A stretch of 64,000 nucleotides of DNA, from contig CAYNMD010000002.1 of NCBI GenBank assembly GCA_964398485.1, positions 7,956-71,955 of the forward strand. The letters run 5' to 3'. Origin of the DNA: an uncultured Bdellovibrionales bacterium (GTDB taxonomy: Bacteria > Patescibacteriota > Minisyncoccia > Moranbacterales > UBA1568). Below, in pieces: positions 1 through 10,346 of this stretch (position 1 is its first letter; each line of letters starts with the position of its first letter). The position numbers and the translations under genes are program-made. The notes below the pieces were generated by a model. That model did not search any database, was not told where the DNA came from, and saw only the letters and a list, made by a program, of their open reading frames with translations.

Positions 1-356
1 ACGGTCATATTTTTCACCAACTGAAAGAAAAGACTGGCATCAGTTTCTACGGGAATCTTTTTTTCAAGAGCTCGTTTGATATACTCATTTGTCCAAGGAA
101 TACCAGGGGTTTTTACCACCATGTCAACATTGGTAAAATCCTCTGGTCGATGTTGTCCGAGAACATACGTAATACACTTGTATTTCTTAAGTTTTTCCAA
201 AGTTGGCAACAGCTCTTCCCGACTACGGATATCAGTAGCAATAATCTCTCGAGCACCTACCTGGGCCAAAAATTCGATAGCACCCAGTGCTCCACCATTG
301 AGTCCAATACCAAAAACCGTGATACGCTTGCCTTTAAAAAAGTCCTGGTGCAACAT
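1..356 (-). CDS. murD: Mur ligase N-terminal region (UDP-N-acetylmuramoylalanine--D-glutamate ligase-like), partial, continues past window start
   Basis: Minus-strand translation from ATG at 356: MLHQDFFKGKRITVFGIGLNGGALGAIEFLAQVGAREIIATDIRS..., a Rossmann-like N-terminus typical of MurD/MurC. No stop before position 1. Not in the ORF track because it is truncated. Confidence 0.55.
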   Translation of the reverse strand, partial: MLHQDFFKGKRITVFGIGLNGGALGAIEFLAQVGAREIIATDIRSREELLPTLEKLKKYKCITYVLGQHRPEDFTNVDMVVKTPGIPWTNEYIKRALEKKIPVETDASLFFQLVKNMT

Positions 357-418
357 AAGACATTAGCCTAGAGGGCTCTAGCATAGCCGAAAGAAGAGAC
401 CTCTGCAAGTGGGTAGTA

Positions 419-2008
419 TCACCAATGAAACCAGCGCTTTGGTTTCCGATATACCTCCCCAAAACGCTGTCCCGTATAGGTACCATTTTCAATAGCCAAC
501 GCTCCATTAACAAGAAGCGACTCTATTCCCGTAGCATACTGGTACGGGTTCTCAAGTGTTGCTTGGTCTGCAATCTTAGCTGGATCAAAAACAACCACAT
601 CTGCCCGGTATCCTACTGCCAACTTCCCTCTTTTACTTAGTCCAAATTTAGTTGCTGGTTTTCCAGTCATTTTATATACTGCCTCTTCCCAAGACAAAGC
701 CTGTTGACGTCTGACATATTCAGCAAAAATTCTCGGAAAAGTACCAAAATTTCTTGGATGTACCTTGTCCCCGGTTTCTGCATGCTCTTTTGAGTACCCT
801 GATCCATTTGAACTGATAATGGAAAAAGGGTGCTGAATCGCCTTAAGCACATTTTTTTCAGAGAGCGACTCGATCGATACAATAGCCCTCCCCTCACTGG
901 CCATCAAAAGCTCCACTACCACTTCCTCAGGACTTTTGGCATGCAGCTCAGCTATCTCGGCTACTTTATGTCGAGAAAGCATATTGCCCAAACTCGACAC
1001 TGAGATAGTCATCGCGGAGTAATCGGTACTGTTTTTTTGCATTTCTTGAATTACTGCCTTGCGGACCTCAGCATCCTTGAGTCGAGCTAACATAAGCTTT
1101 CGTCCATTTTCAGTAATCCATGTCGGGAGAAAGGTATAGAGCACCGATCCAGTTACTGTATACGGATAAACGTCAAACGAGATATCCAGATCCCCTAACG
1201 CTGCTGCCTCAATAAGATTAAAAACTTCATCCATCAAATGCCAGTTTTCTTTCCCAACTGCCTTGAGGTGTGATATATGAAGAGGGACTTTTGTTTTCTG
1301 AGCTACTGTTATCGCTTCCTCAACTGCCTTAACAAGACCTTCCCCTTCATTCCGAACATAGGTTGCATAAACACCTCTCTCCTCCCCTACGAGCTCTACC
1401 AATTTTAATATTTCATTAATGTGTGCTCCCCGAGCATGTGTGTACAAAAGACCCGTTGAGAACCCGATGGCTCCCACATGAAAAGACTCCTTCAAGAGTT
1501 TTTCCATAAGACGGACCTCTTCATCATGTATTGGTCGTGTCTCATCACGCATTGCTCCACGACGTAGCGTCCCATGACCTACGAGTGTCGCAAAATTTAG
1601 CGCTGGTTTACGCTTTTCTACTGCTCGCAAAAACTCATCCATTGTAAGCCAATTGAAATTCACCGTATCAACATCCGTCCATTTCTGAATAGAGCGTATA
1701 TCCTCCGCTCTCGTAAGCGGTGCCAATGATGCCCCAGAATTACCACCAACTACCGTAGTCACTCCCTGATACAGCAAACTCTCGAGATGAGGATTAGCCA
1801 TCAATGCCCAGTACGTATCAGAATGATTATTAACATCAATAAAACCAGGCGCAACATACTTACCCTCCGCTTCAACAAGACGCTCTGTTGCACCAACAAC
1901 CTCACCAAGAGCTACTATGTGCCCTTCTCGAATACCAATATCACCAGAAAACATCGGTCTTCCAGTGCCATCAATTAGAGTCCCGTGTCGAATGACGACA
2001 TCGTACAT
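419..2008 (-). CDS. N-acyl-D-amino-acid deacylase (D-aminoacylase) family amidohydrolase
   Basis: 529 aa, N-terminus MYDVVIRHGTLIDGTG...GFIDVNNHSD. Metal-dependent amidohydrolase fold; the length and motifs fit the D-aminoacylase family. Confidence 0.65.
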   Translation of the reverse strand: MYDVVIRHGTLIDGTGRPMFSGDIGIREGHIVALGEVVGATERLVEAEGKYVAPGFIDVNNHSDTYWALMANPHLESLLYQGVTTVVGGNSGASLAPLTRAEDIRSIQKWTDVDTVNFNWLTMDEFLRAVEKRKPALNFATLVGHGTLRRGAMRDETRPIHDEEVRLMEKLLKESFHVGAIGFSTGLLYTHARGAHINEILKLVELVGEERGVYATYVRNEGEGLVKAVEEAITVAQKTKVPLHISHLKAVGKENWHLMDEVFNLIEAAALGDLDISFDVYPYTVTGSVLYTFLPTWITENGRKLMLARLKDAEVRKAVIQEMQKNSTDYSAMTISVSSLGNMLSRHKVAEIAELHAKSPEEVVVELLMASEGRAIVSIESLSEKNVLKAIQHPFSIISSNGSGYSKEHAETGDKVHPRNFGTFPRIFAEYVRRQQALSWEEAVYKMTGKPATKFGLSKRGKLAVGYRADVVVFDPAKIADQATLENPYQYATGIESLLVNGALAIENGTYTGQRFGEVYRKPKRWFHW

Positions 2009-2009
2009 A

Positions 2010-3038
2010 CTACTGTCTCGAAGTTGGCCCCAAGAGAAGAGCCATCTCTACTAATCTATTTGAATATCCCCACTCGTTATCATACCATGCAACAATCTTT
2101 ACTAAATCCCCATCAATAACTTTAGTAAGAGAAAGATCAACAATACTTGAATGCGGATCACCAATAAAATCGGAAGAAACTAATGGTTCATTGGTTACTG
2201 CTAACACATGCGCATACCGAGGGTTACGACTAGCCTCAGTTAAAACTGTATTAATCTCCTCTTTCGAGGTTTTCTTCTTCAAAAGAAAGGTGCAATCTGA
2301 TATTGAAACCACCACTGTCGGTACGCGAATGGAAAGCCCATCAAACTTATCCTTAAGTTCAGGCATCACTTGCGTTACTGCAATAGCCGCCCCCGTAGTA
2401 GTAGGTACAATATTTTGTGCCGCCGCTCTTGCTCGCCGTAAATCCTTGTGTGGACCATCTTGGAGGCTTTGATCAGCCGTGTAAGAGTGCACTGTTGTCA
2501 TGAGAGCTTTCTCTATTCCAAAATGCTCATGAATAATTTTTGCTACTGGCGCCAAAGAATTGGTTGTACAAGAGGCATTAGAAATAACTGATTCTCCAGC
2601 ATAAGCATCTGCATTGGCACCAATCAGATACGTCGGGAGAGAATCATCGTCTCCTTTTACTGGTGCCGAAAGAATAACATTTTTCGCTCCAGCACTAATA
2701 TGGACACTAGCTGCGGTTTTGTCAGTAAATCTTCCGGTACACTCCAGTACAACATCTACTTCTAAATTTTTCCACGGGAGCTTAGCTGGGTCTGGTTCTG
2801 CAAATACCTGGTACAACTTTCCATCAACCGAAAGATGATTGCCCTCTATAGAAACAGATTTTCGATAATTGCCATAGGCAGTATCATGAGCCAAAAGATG
2901 AGCAAGTATATTCGGTTCCGTGAGATCATTGATAGCCACCACCTCGAGTTCTGGTTTCTCAAGAGCAATTTTAAATGCTGCCCGACCGATACGACCAAAT
3001 CCATTAATCGCTACCTTAATTTTTTTTGTTTCTGCCAT
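2010..3038 (-). CDS. gap: glyceraldehyde-3-phosphate dehydrogenase (type I)
   Basis: KIKVAINGFGRIGR NAD-binding motif and SNASCTTN catalytic Cys motif. Start trimmed to the internal ATG at 3038 (MAETKKIKV). Confidence 0.9.
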   Translation of the reverse strand: MAETKKIKVAINGFGRIGRAAFKIALEKPELEVVAINDLTEPNILAHLLAHDTAYGNYRKSVSIEGNHLSVDGKLYQVFAEPDPAKLPWKNLEVDVVLECTGRFTDKTAASVHISAGAKNVILSAPVKGDDDSLPTYLIGANADAYAGESVISNASCTTNSLAPVAKIIHEHFGIEKALMTTVHSYTADQSLQDGPHKDLRRARAAAQNIVPTTTGAAIAVTQVMPELKDKFDGLSIRVPTVVVSISDCTFLLKKKTSKEEINTVLTEASRNPRYAHVLAVTNEPLVSSDFIGDPHSSIVDLSLTKVIDGDLVKIVAWYDNEWGYSNRLVEMALLLGPTSRQ

Positions 3039-3051
3039 AAAAATACTTAAA

Positions 3052-3921
3052 TTAAATATCACGCGCCTTTCCAAGGGATCCGAAAAGTTCCATCTTCTTC
3101 TTTACCGCCTCCTTGAAAGCCTCCCTGGCAGGCATCAAAATTTTTCGGATATCCACAGCATCATTTTCTGGCAATGTCTGCCGTAACGTCTCAATAAAAG
3201 CAGTTTTGGTAGCAGTTTCAACATTAAAACAAGCAATACCTTCTTTGATTGCTGTTTTGACCCGGCTTTCTTCCCAATCAGAAGCCCCGTGAAGAACGAG
3301 CGGGAGATCAATATGCTCTCGAATAGCTATAAGACGATCGAAATCAGGTTCAGGTCGTTCTGGAAAACTCCCATGGGCATTACCAATAGCTATCGCCAAG
3401 GTATCTATACCAGTTGCTCGTACATAAGCACCAGCCTGATTCGGGTGAGTCATATATTTATCCCAATCCATATGTTCCGGATCTGTTACTTCTCCTTTGT
3501 AAGGGACATTACCTAATTCACCCTGGACTACTGCACCCTTTGAGTGAGCTTCTTTAACGATCTCTTGCGTCATAGAAACATTTTCTTCATAAGAAAGCGT
3601 CGAGGCATCCATCATAACGGATTTAAATCCAATCGCGAGAGCTTCCCTTACTACTGAAATATTTCTCCCATGATCCAAATGAATCGAGAGCGGGATATCA
3701 GGAAAGTAAAAATCTGCGAGATTTTTTACAAGATGATACATAGCTTGACCACCACTATACTGAAAAGTTTTTTCTGTCATCTGAATGATTACTGGGGAAG
3801 CAGATTCGGCTGCTGCCTCGAGAATAGCTCTGGTCGTCTCAAGGTTGACCGTATTAAAAGCGCCAATAGCATAACCGCCCTTTTGAGCCTGCTCTAACAG
3901 TTTTTTCGAAGAAACAAGCAT
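3052..3921 (-). CDS. fba: class II fructose-bisphosphate aldolase
   Basis: 289 aa, ...GGYAIGAFNTVNLE...IQMTE...LHLDHG..., the class II ketose-bisphosphate aldolase signature. Confidence 0.85.
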   Translation of the reverse strand: MLVSSKKLLEQAQKGGYAIGAFNTVNLETTRAILEAAAESASPVIIQMTEKTFQYSGGQAMYHLVKNLADFYFPDIPLSIHLDHGRNISVVREALAIGFKSVMMDASTLSYEENVSMTQEIVKEAHSKGAVVQGELGNVPYKGEVTDPEHMDWDKYMTHPNQAGAYVRATGIDTLAIAIGNAHGSFPERPEPDFDRLIAIREHIDLPLVLHGASDWEESRVKTAIKEGIACFNVETATKTAFIETLRQTLPENDAVDIRKILMPAREAFKEAVKKKMELFGSLGKARDI

Positions 3922-3923
3922 AC

Positions 3924-4703
3924 TTATGATTCGTGTTTAAAATGATTTTCAGCAAGCTCCATCATTTTTATAATCTCTCGTGGGAAAAGACTTTCCTTCC
4001 CTACGAGTACCCCATCCATCTCTGCTTCCCAAGAAACTGAAGAAAGCGAAACAGCCGTCACTGATCCCCCATAAAGCACCCGAACTCGTTCAGCTACTCG
4101 AGAATTAAAATGTTCTGTAAACCACTTCCGAAGGAACACTTTTACTTGAAAAATTTCTGTGGTTGTTGGTGTTATCCCAGTACCGATGGCCCATCTTGGT
4201 TCATACGCAAGGATAATTTTTTCTGCCTGGAGAGAGGAGATTTCCGTAAAAATACTCTCTAGTTGCCGAAGGAGTATCTCCGACATATCACCTTTATCGC
4301 GCTCCTCTTGAGTCTCTCCGATACAGACAACGGGAGTAAGTCCCATATGAAGTGCAGCATCCATTTTTCGTCGTACAATATCGTCGGTTTCACCAAATTG
4401 ACTCCGTCGTTCACTATGACCAAGAATCACAAAAGATGCTCCAAAATTTTTCAACATGAGAGGTGATATCGATCCTGTACAGGCGCCACTTTTTTCCCAA
4501 TGCATATCTTGGCCAGCCAAGGTGAAATGGGTCGGAAGATGAGTAAACCGCGACAAGTGAACAAATGGTGGGGCTATCACCCCAGCTACTCGCTCAAAGT
4601 GTTTTCCATAGGCAGCCTTGCGTAACTCTGACAAGTAATGGTCCCCCTCTTGCTCAGATATAAGATTCATTTTGAGATTACCCACAACAAGAAAAGGAGA
4701 CAT
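3924..4703 (-). CDS. tpiA: triosephosphate isomerase
   Basis: VGNLKMNL, ILGHSERR and AYEPRWAIGTG hallmark motifs. Confidence 0.9.
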   Translation of the reverse strand: MSPFLVVGNLKMNLISEQEGDHYLSELRKAAYGKHFERVAGVIAPPFVHLSRFTHLPTHFTLAGQDMHWEKSGACTGSISPLMLKNFGASFVILGHSERRSQFGETDDIVRRKMDAALHMGLTPVVCIGETQEERDKGDMSEILLRQLESIFTEISSLQAEKIILAYEPRWAIGTGITPTTTEIFQVKVFLRKWFTEHFNSRVAERVRVLYGGSVTAVSLSSVSWEAEMDGVLVGKESLFPREIIKMMELAENHFKHES

Positions 4704-4708
4704 ATGGG

Positions 4709-5752
4709 CTACACGTGTTCAGCAAGTTTTGATCGAAGATATTCAGCTGCTACCTCCGGTTGAATAGTTGAAAGTTCAATTCCAGTAGCAAGTTCGAGAC
4801 CTGCCCAAACACTCGTGCGCGGCACGATCTCAATATGCCATTGAAAATGGTCAGCATCAGCCCCCGAGGCGGGAGCTGTATTAATGTAAAAATTATAGGG
4901 AGGGTTATCAAGGCCCCAATACAGTGATTGAAGGGCCTTCTGTAATGCCTCAGCACAGGTGAACTTTTCCTCGTCAGTAATTCTTTCAAAATAAGGATTT
5001 GGTCTTTTTCCCACAACCCAAAGCCCAAATGCTACTCGGGAAGCAAACGGAGCAAAGACCACAAAATCGTCATTCTCAAAAACAATTCTCTTCTTGACTT
5101 CTCGCTCATAATTAATCATGAGGGAATACACTCTCTCGTGATGATTCCTATAAAATCGTTCGGCTCCATCGAGAATACTCTTTACATACGGGGCCAAGAC
5201 AGGCAAGGCCATGATTTGAGAATGTGGATGTGCAATAGAAGCGCCTGCTTCTTTCCCATGATTATGGAAAATCTGAATATACTGAATATTCGATTTATTC
5301 ATAAGAGAAAGGTAGCGCTCCTGATAGGCATCAAGAATCTCAGCCACTCTCCAATCATCCATAAGCGCAATATGCTTCTTTGGATCACGAGTAACAACCA
5401 CTTCATGATATCCCACTCCGGTCATAGCAAAATAGGGCCCCTCTTCAAGGGATCGAGCAGAGTGGCCATGAGAAACCGCTGGGTATTTATTTGGGAATAC
5501 ACGCAGACTCCACTCATTTTCACCTGCCTTGTAGATAAGCACGTCCTTCTCTTGCTCAGTCTCTTCAGGGTGCTCAAAAAGACTCGGGCCATTGTCTTCT
5601 TGAGCTCGATCTTTTATCACAAACTCATCAGGTCGCTTTGCTCGACCAGTAGCGATAATCACCCAATCACCCGTTACCAGATCCTGTCGTAATTCTGATT
5701 CGGTTGATTTTTGAGTTGTCTTTTTATTTTCAATTGATATTTGCATGCCCAA
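4709..5752 (-). CDS. galactose-1-phosphate uridylyltransferase-like HIT-superfamily nucleotidyltransferase
   Basis: 347 aa with HNHGKEAGASIAHPHSQI, matching the GalT H-x-H-x-Q active-site motif. Family-level call only. Confidence 0.5.
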   Translation of the reverse strand: MGMQISIENKKTTQKSTESELRQDLVTGDWVIIATGRAKRPDEFVIKDRAQEDNGPSLFEHPEETEQEKDVLIYKAGENEWSLRVFPNKYPAVSHGHSARSLEEGPYFAMTGVGYHEVVVTRDPKKHIALMDDWRVAEILDAYQERYLSLMNKSNIQYIQIFHNHGKEAGASIAHPHSQIMALPVLAPYVKSILDGAERFYRNHHERVYSLMINYEREVKKRIVFENDDFVVFAPFASRVAFGLWVVGKRPNPYFERITDEEKFTCAEALQKALQSLYWGLDNPPYNFYINTAPASGADADHFQWHIEIVPRTSVWAGLELATGIELSTIQPEVAAEYLRSKLAEHV

Positions 5753-5764
5753 AAACTAGGTGAT

Positions 5765-6532
5765 TTAACTAACTTTTGAATCAAGGTAGTCCTTTACGCG
5801 ATATTGATCTGTCATTAATCTCCACTTTGTCTTGAAAAGATCAATCAGCACTTGAATAAAACCATTCGGTCCCGTAAGCGAAACTGTTGATCCTTCTTCA
5901 TTCATCCAACGTACTGGGAGTTGCTTTACTTTAAAACGAAGGGCGTGAGCCAAAGCGATAAGTTCAAAATCAAAACCGAATCGATCCACTACCATACGAC
6001 TGGCGATAGCTCGAGCCGCTTCACCAGTAAGCATTTTAAATCCGCACTGTGTATCCGGATAGGACCAAAGACCAAGAAGAATACGGATAAGCCAATTTCC
6101 ACCCTCCCCCATAATCTCTCGATGACGTGGCTGGTGAACTTGAATAAAAGCCCCCTCAATCTTTCTCGAGCCTATAACTACATCGTATCCTTCTTCAAAA
6201 GCTGGCAGGAAAGTATCCAAATGAGTAATTGAAGTAGACCCATCCGCATCAAGGAATACGCAGTATTTTCCTTTTGCCTCAAGTAGACCCTGACGCACCA
6301 CAAATCCCTTACCGTGATTCTCTGCATTATCAATAACCCTCAGATGTGGAATTTGTAAACTATAATTCCGAGCAATTTCGGCAGTGTTATCAGGAGAACC
6401 ATCTTCAATAACAATAATTTCGTATGTATAGCTTTTACTCTTGAGATAAGCGTCTATTTCAAGAAGATTTCTCCCAATACGCTCACCCTCCTTGTAAGCC
6501 GGAACAATAACTGAAAGAAATGGTGTATCCAT
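5765..6532 (-). CDS. family 2 glycosyltransferase (dolichyl/polyprenyl-phosphate sugar transferase-like)
   Basis: LSVIVPAYKEGERI...VIEDGSPDNT...DADGS GT-A fold DxD motifs; 255 aa. Confidence 0.7.
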   Translation of the reverse strand: MDTPFLSVIVPAYKEGERIGRNLLEIDAYLKSKSYTYEIIVIEDGSPDNTAEIARNYSLQIPHLRVIDNAENHGKGFVVRQGLLEAKGKYCVFLDADGSTSITHLDTFLPAFEEGYDVVIGSRKIEGAFIQVHQPRHREIMGEGGNWLIRILLGLWSYPDTQCGFKMLTGEAARAIASRMVVDRFGFDFELIALAHALRFKVKQLPVRWMNEEGSTVSLTGPNGFIQVLIDLFKTKWRLMTDQYRVKDYLDSKVS

Positions 6533-6600
6533 AACAAAAATAACGGCCAGATAATTCCCGAATTACTCTTTTATTGTAGCACAACATCAGATACCTGTTA

Positions 6601-7035
6601 CTATGTCTTCAGATGACTGTCAAGCCAGTCTTGAAGAAGAATTCTTGCTGATTCAGCATCATCAATTTGTGAAAGTCTTTTTTCTCCCAGAAGAGAGAGG
6701 GTCTGTTGGGCAATTTTTGTCGTAAACATTTCGTTCGTAAAATGAACTGGAAGCCCGGTCACTTGTGCAAGAGAATTCCCAAACTGTTCCGATTCTTTCC
6801 GCCCCTGACTATGATGTTGCTTCGGGATACCGACCACTAAACCGGTCACTGATTCAGTTTCAATAATTTTTTTGATATCACCAAAAATATCCGCTGAATT
6901 TCGTAAGGTTCTATAGGCCACAGCAACTTGAGTTTCTTCATGAGCAAGAGCTAACCCAACCTTAGACTCCCCCCAATCAATGCCTAGATAATTTCCAGCG
7001 ATACCATCAACCATAAGAAAATCACCAGGAATCAA
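6601..7035 (-). CDS. ruvX: Holliday-junction resolvase-like RuvX/YqgF
   Basis: GIDWGESKVGLAL N-terminal RNase H-like motif; about 140 aa. Overlaps the map stop by 14 nt; the true start may be the internal M (MVDGIAG). Confidence 0.7.
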   Translation of the reverse strand: MIPGDFLMVDGIAGNYLGIDWGESKVGLALAHEETQVAVAYRTLRNSADIFGDIKKIIETESVTGLVVGIPKQHHSQGRKESEQFGNSLAQVTGLPVHFTNEMFTTKIAQQTLSLLGEKRLSQIDDAESARILLQDWLDSHLKT

Positions 7036-7807
7036 GAGTTGTCAAAATCTCAGCTCCATTTTTAGTAATAAGCACCGTATTCTCATAATGAGCTGAAAGA
7101 CGACCATCTGCTGTCAAAAATGCCCAGCCATCACGAGCAAGGCGAACTTTATACGTACCAGCATTAATCATTGGTTCAAGAGCGACCACCATACCGGCTT
7201 CAAAGGAAAAATTAGGAAGACCAGAGCCGGTATAGTTAGCAATCTGGGGATCCTCATGAAGTTCATTGCCTACCCCATGACCCACCAGATCTTTTACACA
7301 CTGAAATCCAGCCTGAAGAACCACTGTCTCAACTGCCTCGGCATACTCATTCATCTTTGAACCAGGACGAAGAGTGGCAATACCAGCTTCCAATGCCTCC
7401 TTCACCACTCTCTGAAGACGCTGCGCTTCATCATTCACCGCTCCCACCAGAACTGTCCTCGCCATATCAGTCACCATTCCCTGATACCGCATGCCGATAT
7501 CAAGCTTTACCATATCACCAGATTGGATAATCCGGTCTTCCTGGGGAATACCATGCACTACTTCATCATTAAGCGACACACACAAAGCAGCTGGAAAAGG
7601 TGGGGCGCCCCACTGTTTACCATAGCCTTTAAAAATCGGATCTCCGCCAGTAGCCAGAATCTTCTCTTCGGCTAGATCTCCGAGCATTCTCGTGGTTACT
7701 CCTGGCTGTACAGCCATTATCACCGACCGGAGAATCTCCGCTAAAAGCTTCCCTCCCTGGCGCATCAATTCCTGTTCTGCTTCAGTTTTTATCCACTGTT
7801 TCGACAT
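7022..7807 (-). CDS. map: type I methionine aminopeptidase
   Basis: 261 aa with conserved metal ligands (D, D, H, E, E pattern, GHGVG). Confidence 0.9.
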   Translation of the reverse strand: MSKQWIKTEAEQELMRQGGKLLAEILRSVIMAVQPGVTTRMLGDLAEEKILATGGDPIFKGYGKQWGAPPFPAALCVSLNDEVVHGIPQEDRIIQSGDMVKLDIGMRYQGMVTDMARTVLVGAVNDEAQRLQRVVKEALEAGIATLRPGSKMNEYAEAVETVVLQAGFQCVKDLVGHGVGNELHEDPQIANYTGSGLPNFSFEAGMVVALEPMINAGTYKVRLARDGWAFLTADGRLSAHYENTVLITKNGAEILTTLDSW

Positions 7808-7822
7808 AATAAAACTACAAAT

Positions 7823-8485
7823 CTACTCTGGACGTAAATGTTCAAGAATATACTTGAATACCTTGTATGTTTCCTGATTCCCATCAACTGAAAGCAGATG
7901 ACCAGTTGATTCAAAATAGCGAATAACTGGAAGGGTGTCCTGTCGAAAAATCTGATGTCGTTTTCGAACACCCTCCTCTGTATCGTCGGGACGTTGTGAA
8001 ATATGCCCACCACAATAACGACAAGGCCGCTCGGCATCAATTAAATTTTTCCCTAAAATGTAAGCCCTCTTGCAACCCTCGCAAGAATAGCGTTTGGAAA
8101 TACGCTCTACTGAAACAATCTCAGGCACATCAATAAATATCACTTTGTTCAGTGAACGTCCCGTAGAAGTGATGAGTTCCAGCACCTTCGCAATCTGACT
8201 CTCTCGCCTGGGTATGCCGTCAATAAGAAGACCAACCTCTGTAGGGACCGAGCGAATCGCATCTTCTAGAACAGCAAATACTACTGGATCTGGTACGAAT
8301 TCATGGCGAACATTAATAATCTCATTTACCTGACGACCAAGCTCAGTATCATGCGCAGCAACTGCCCGAAGCTCCGATCCAATATCGATATGAGCCAAAT
8401 GCAGTGAGCTTTTCAATAACTCCGCCTGGGTACTCTTTCCGCTTCCTGCTGATCCAATAAGGATATAGGTATCGTTAATCGACAT
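7823..8485 (-). CDS. adk: adenylate kinase with Zn-binding LID
   Basis: ILIGSAGSGKSTQAELL P-loop; LID with CEGC...CRYCGG. Confidence 0.9.
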   Translation of the reverse strand: MSINDTYILIGSAGSGKSTQAELLKSSLHLAHIDIGSELRAVAAHDTELGRQVNEIINVRHEFVPDPVVFAVLEDAIRSVPTEVGLLIDGIPRRESQIAKVLELITSTGRSLNKVIFIDVPEIVSVERISKRYSCEGCKRAYILGKNLIDAERPCRYCGGHISQRPDDTEEGVRKRHQIFRQDTLPVIRYFESTGHLLSVDGNQETYKVFKYILEHLRPE

Positions 8486-8505
8486 GGAAGATAAAAAGAG
8501 ATGGG

Positions 8506-9777
8506 TTAAAAATTCTCGTAGCTACGCATCATAAGCTGGCTCTGAATATGCTTTACGAGTTCAAGCACTACTGAGACAACAATAAGGATACTCACACCAC
8601 CAATTGATAGAGCCTGAATACCCGTCATTCCTTGCACAACAAGCGGCAACACTGCAATGATTCCCAAGAAAAGCGCTCCGGTAAACGTAATTCGTGTAAT
8701 GATATGAGCCAAATATTCAGCAGTAGAATTGCCTGGCCGAACTCCGGGAATATATCCGCCCTGTTTCTGAAGATTCTCGGATATCTTTACCGGATCAAAC
8801 ACAACAGCAGTATAGAAATACGTAAAGAGAACAACAAGGAAGAAATATAATCCTCCATAGACCCATTGATCTTGAAGAAATGTAGCCACCTTCACTGCTG
8901 CATTAGCTACCGTTGTATTAGTGGACTGGACTAGATAGTTAGCAATCATGGTTGGGATAAGGATCAGTGAAACGGCAAAAATGATCGGGATAACTCCCGC
9001 TTGATTAACTTTTAGTGGGAGATGAGTGGCACTACCTCCATAAACACTGGCCCCGCGAACTCTTTTAGCATAGGCAATTGGGACGATACGCTGCCCCTCA
9101 TTGATAAAGATAACCGCTGCTATAGTGATGAGTCCCAAGCCGAGAAATAAAGCGTAGGTAAAAAACTGAGCCGAATCCCAGGTAGCAAAAAGCCTTGACA
9201 CTCCCGTAGGAAGCGCTGCCACGATACCTGCAAAAATGAGCATTGAAACACCATTCCCGAGTCCCTTTTCCGTAATAAGCTCACCAAGCCACATAAGAAA
9301 AATAGTACCAGCCGTTGCAGAGAGTACAATTACTACCATTAGAAATGGTGTAATTTCATCGAGAATATTCTGTGAACGCAAAAGAGAAATCATACTAAAT
9401 GACTGAAGAGCTGCAAGTGGGATAGTGAGCCACCGTGTATACATATTGAATTTCTGTCGGCCCTGTTCTCCTTCTTCCTTATACAAACGCTCAAGCCTTG
9501 GAAAAATAGTCTGCATGAGCTGCATAATGATTGAGGCTGTAATATAAGGGGCTACACCCAAAAGCACAATGGAAATATTAGAAAGCCCACCTCCTGAAAA
9601 AATGTTCAGGAGGCCTAAAAAAGCATTATCTTCAAATAAACGCTTGAGCTCTAAAACATCCACCCCTGGCAGAGGGATATTCGCTATAAGGCGATAGACC
9701 ACGAGCAAAGCCAAGATAAACAACACTTTCTTTCGAAGATCTGGGGTTCGAAATATTTGGGTGAGCATACTAAACAT
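8506..9777 (-). CDS. secY: preprotein translocase subunit SecY
   Basis: 423 aa, 10-TM profile, conserved SecY motifs; canonical position after rplO. Confidence 0.95.
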   Translation of the reverse strand: MFSMLTQIFRTPDLRKKVLFILALLVVYRLIANIPLPGVDVLELKRLFEDNAFLGLLNIFSGGGLSNISIVLLGVAPYITASIIMQLMQTIFPRLERLYKEEGEQGRQKFNMYTRWLTIPLAALQSFSMISLLRSQNILDEITPFLMVVIVLSATAGTIFLMWLGELITEKGLGNGVSMLIFAGIVAALPTGVSRLFATWDSAQFFTYALFLGLGLITIAAVIFINEGQRIVPIAYAKRVRGASVYGGSATHLPLKVNQAGVIPIIFAVSLILIPTMIANYLVQSTNTTVANAAVKVATFLQDQWVYGGLYFFLVVLFTYFYTAVVFDPVKISENLQKQGGYIPGVRPGNSTAEYLAHIITRITFTGALFLGIIAVLPLVVQGMTGIQALSIGGVSILIVVSVVLELVKHIQSQLMMRSYENF

Positions 9778-9856
9778 AAAGCATAGAAATCAATCAATCA
9801 GAGAGAAACACCCTAATTCTAGGCCAAAAAATGAGGGAAAGCAATGCTTGGGATTA

Positions 9857-9883
9857 AAACAAAAGAGCCCCTTTCACCGGGGC
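9857..9883 (-). terminator. hairpin plus T-run between rplO and secY (possible attenuator/terminator)
   Basis: Minus strand reads GCCCC-GGUGAAA-GGGGC followed by UCUUUUGUUUU, immediately after the rplO stop. Confidence 0.35.
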
Positions 9884-9901
9884 CCCTAGAGATAAGAAGA
9901 G

Positions 9902-10336
9902 CTATTCTTCTACCGATCCACCAGCCTTCTTAACAGCTTCAACAGCGGAGGCAGAAAGATTGATATCCTTGGCAATAACTAACTTCTTCTTGAGTTCACC
10001 AGTTGAGACTACTTTCACCCCAGATCGACGAGCTATCTTCCCAAAAAGCTTCTTCTCGACGAATGAATCAAGGGTAACTTTTTCTCCGTCAGCAAAATGC
10101 TTATCAAGCTGCCGCAAAGTTACAGTAAAGGGCTTCTGATAAATCGACTTGAATCCACGCAGTTTCTTCATGCGCTCTACCAAGCTTGATCGACCACCTT
10201 CAAAGAGAGGATCTTTGTGCTTACCATGAGCACCCTGCCCTTTGGTACCACGACCAGAGGTTGTACCACGCTTTCCACCTCGACCAATTACCTTGGTTTT
10301 CTTCCGCGGTGCTAGTTGTAATTCGTGAATCTGCAT
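9902..10336 (-). CDS. rplO: 50S ribosomal protein L15
   Basis: GRGGKRGTTSGRGTKGQ glycine-rich L15 signature. Confidence 0.9.
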   Translation of the reverse strand: MQIHELQLAPRKKTKVIGRGGKRGTTSGRGTKGQGAHGKHKDPLFEGGRSSLVERMKKLRGFKSIYQKPFTVTLRQLDKHFADGEKVTLDSFVEKKLFGKIARRSGVKVVSTGELKKKLVIAKDINLSASAVEAVKKAGGSVEE

Positions 10337-10346
10337 AAATATACGC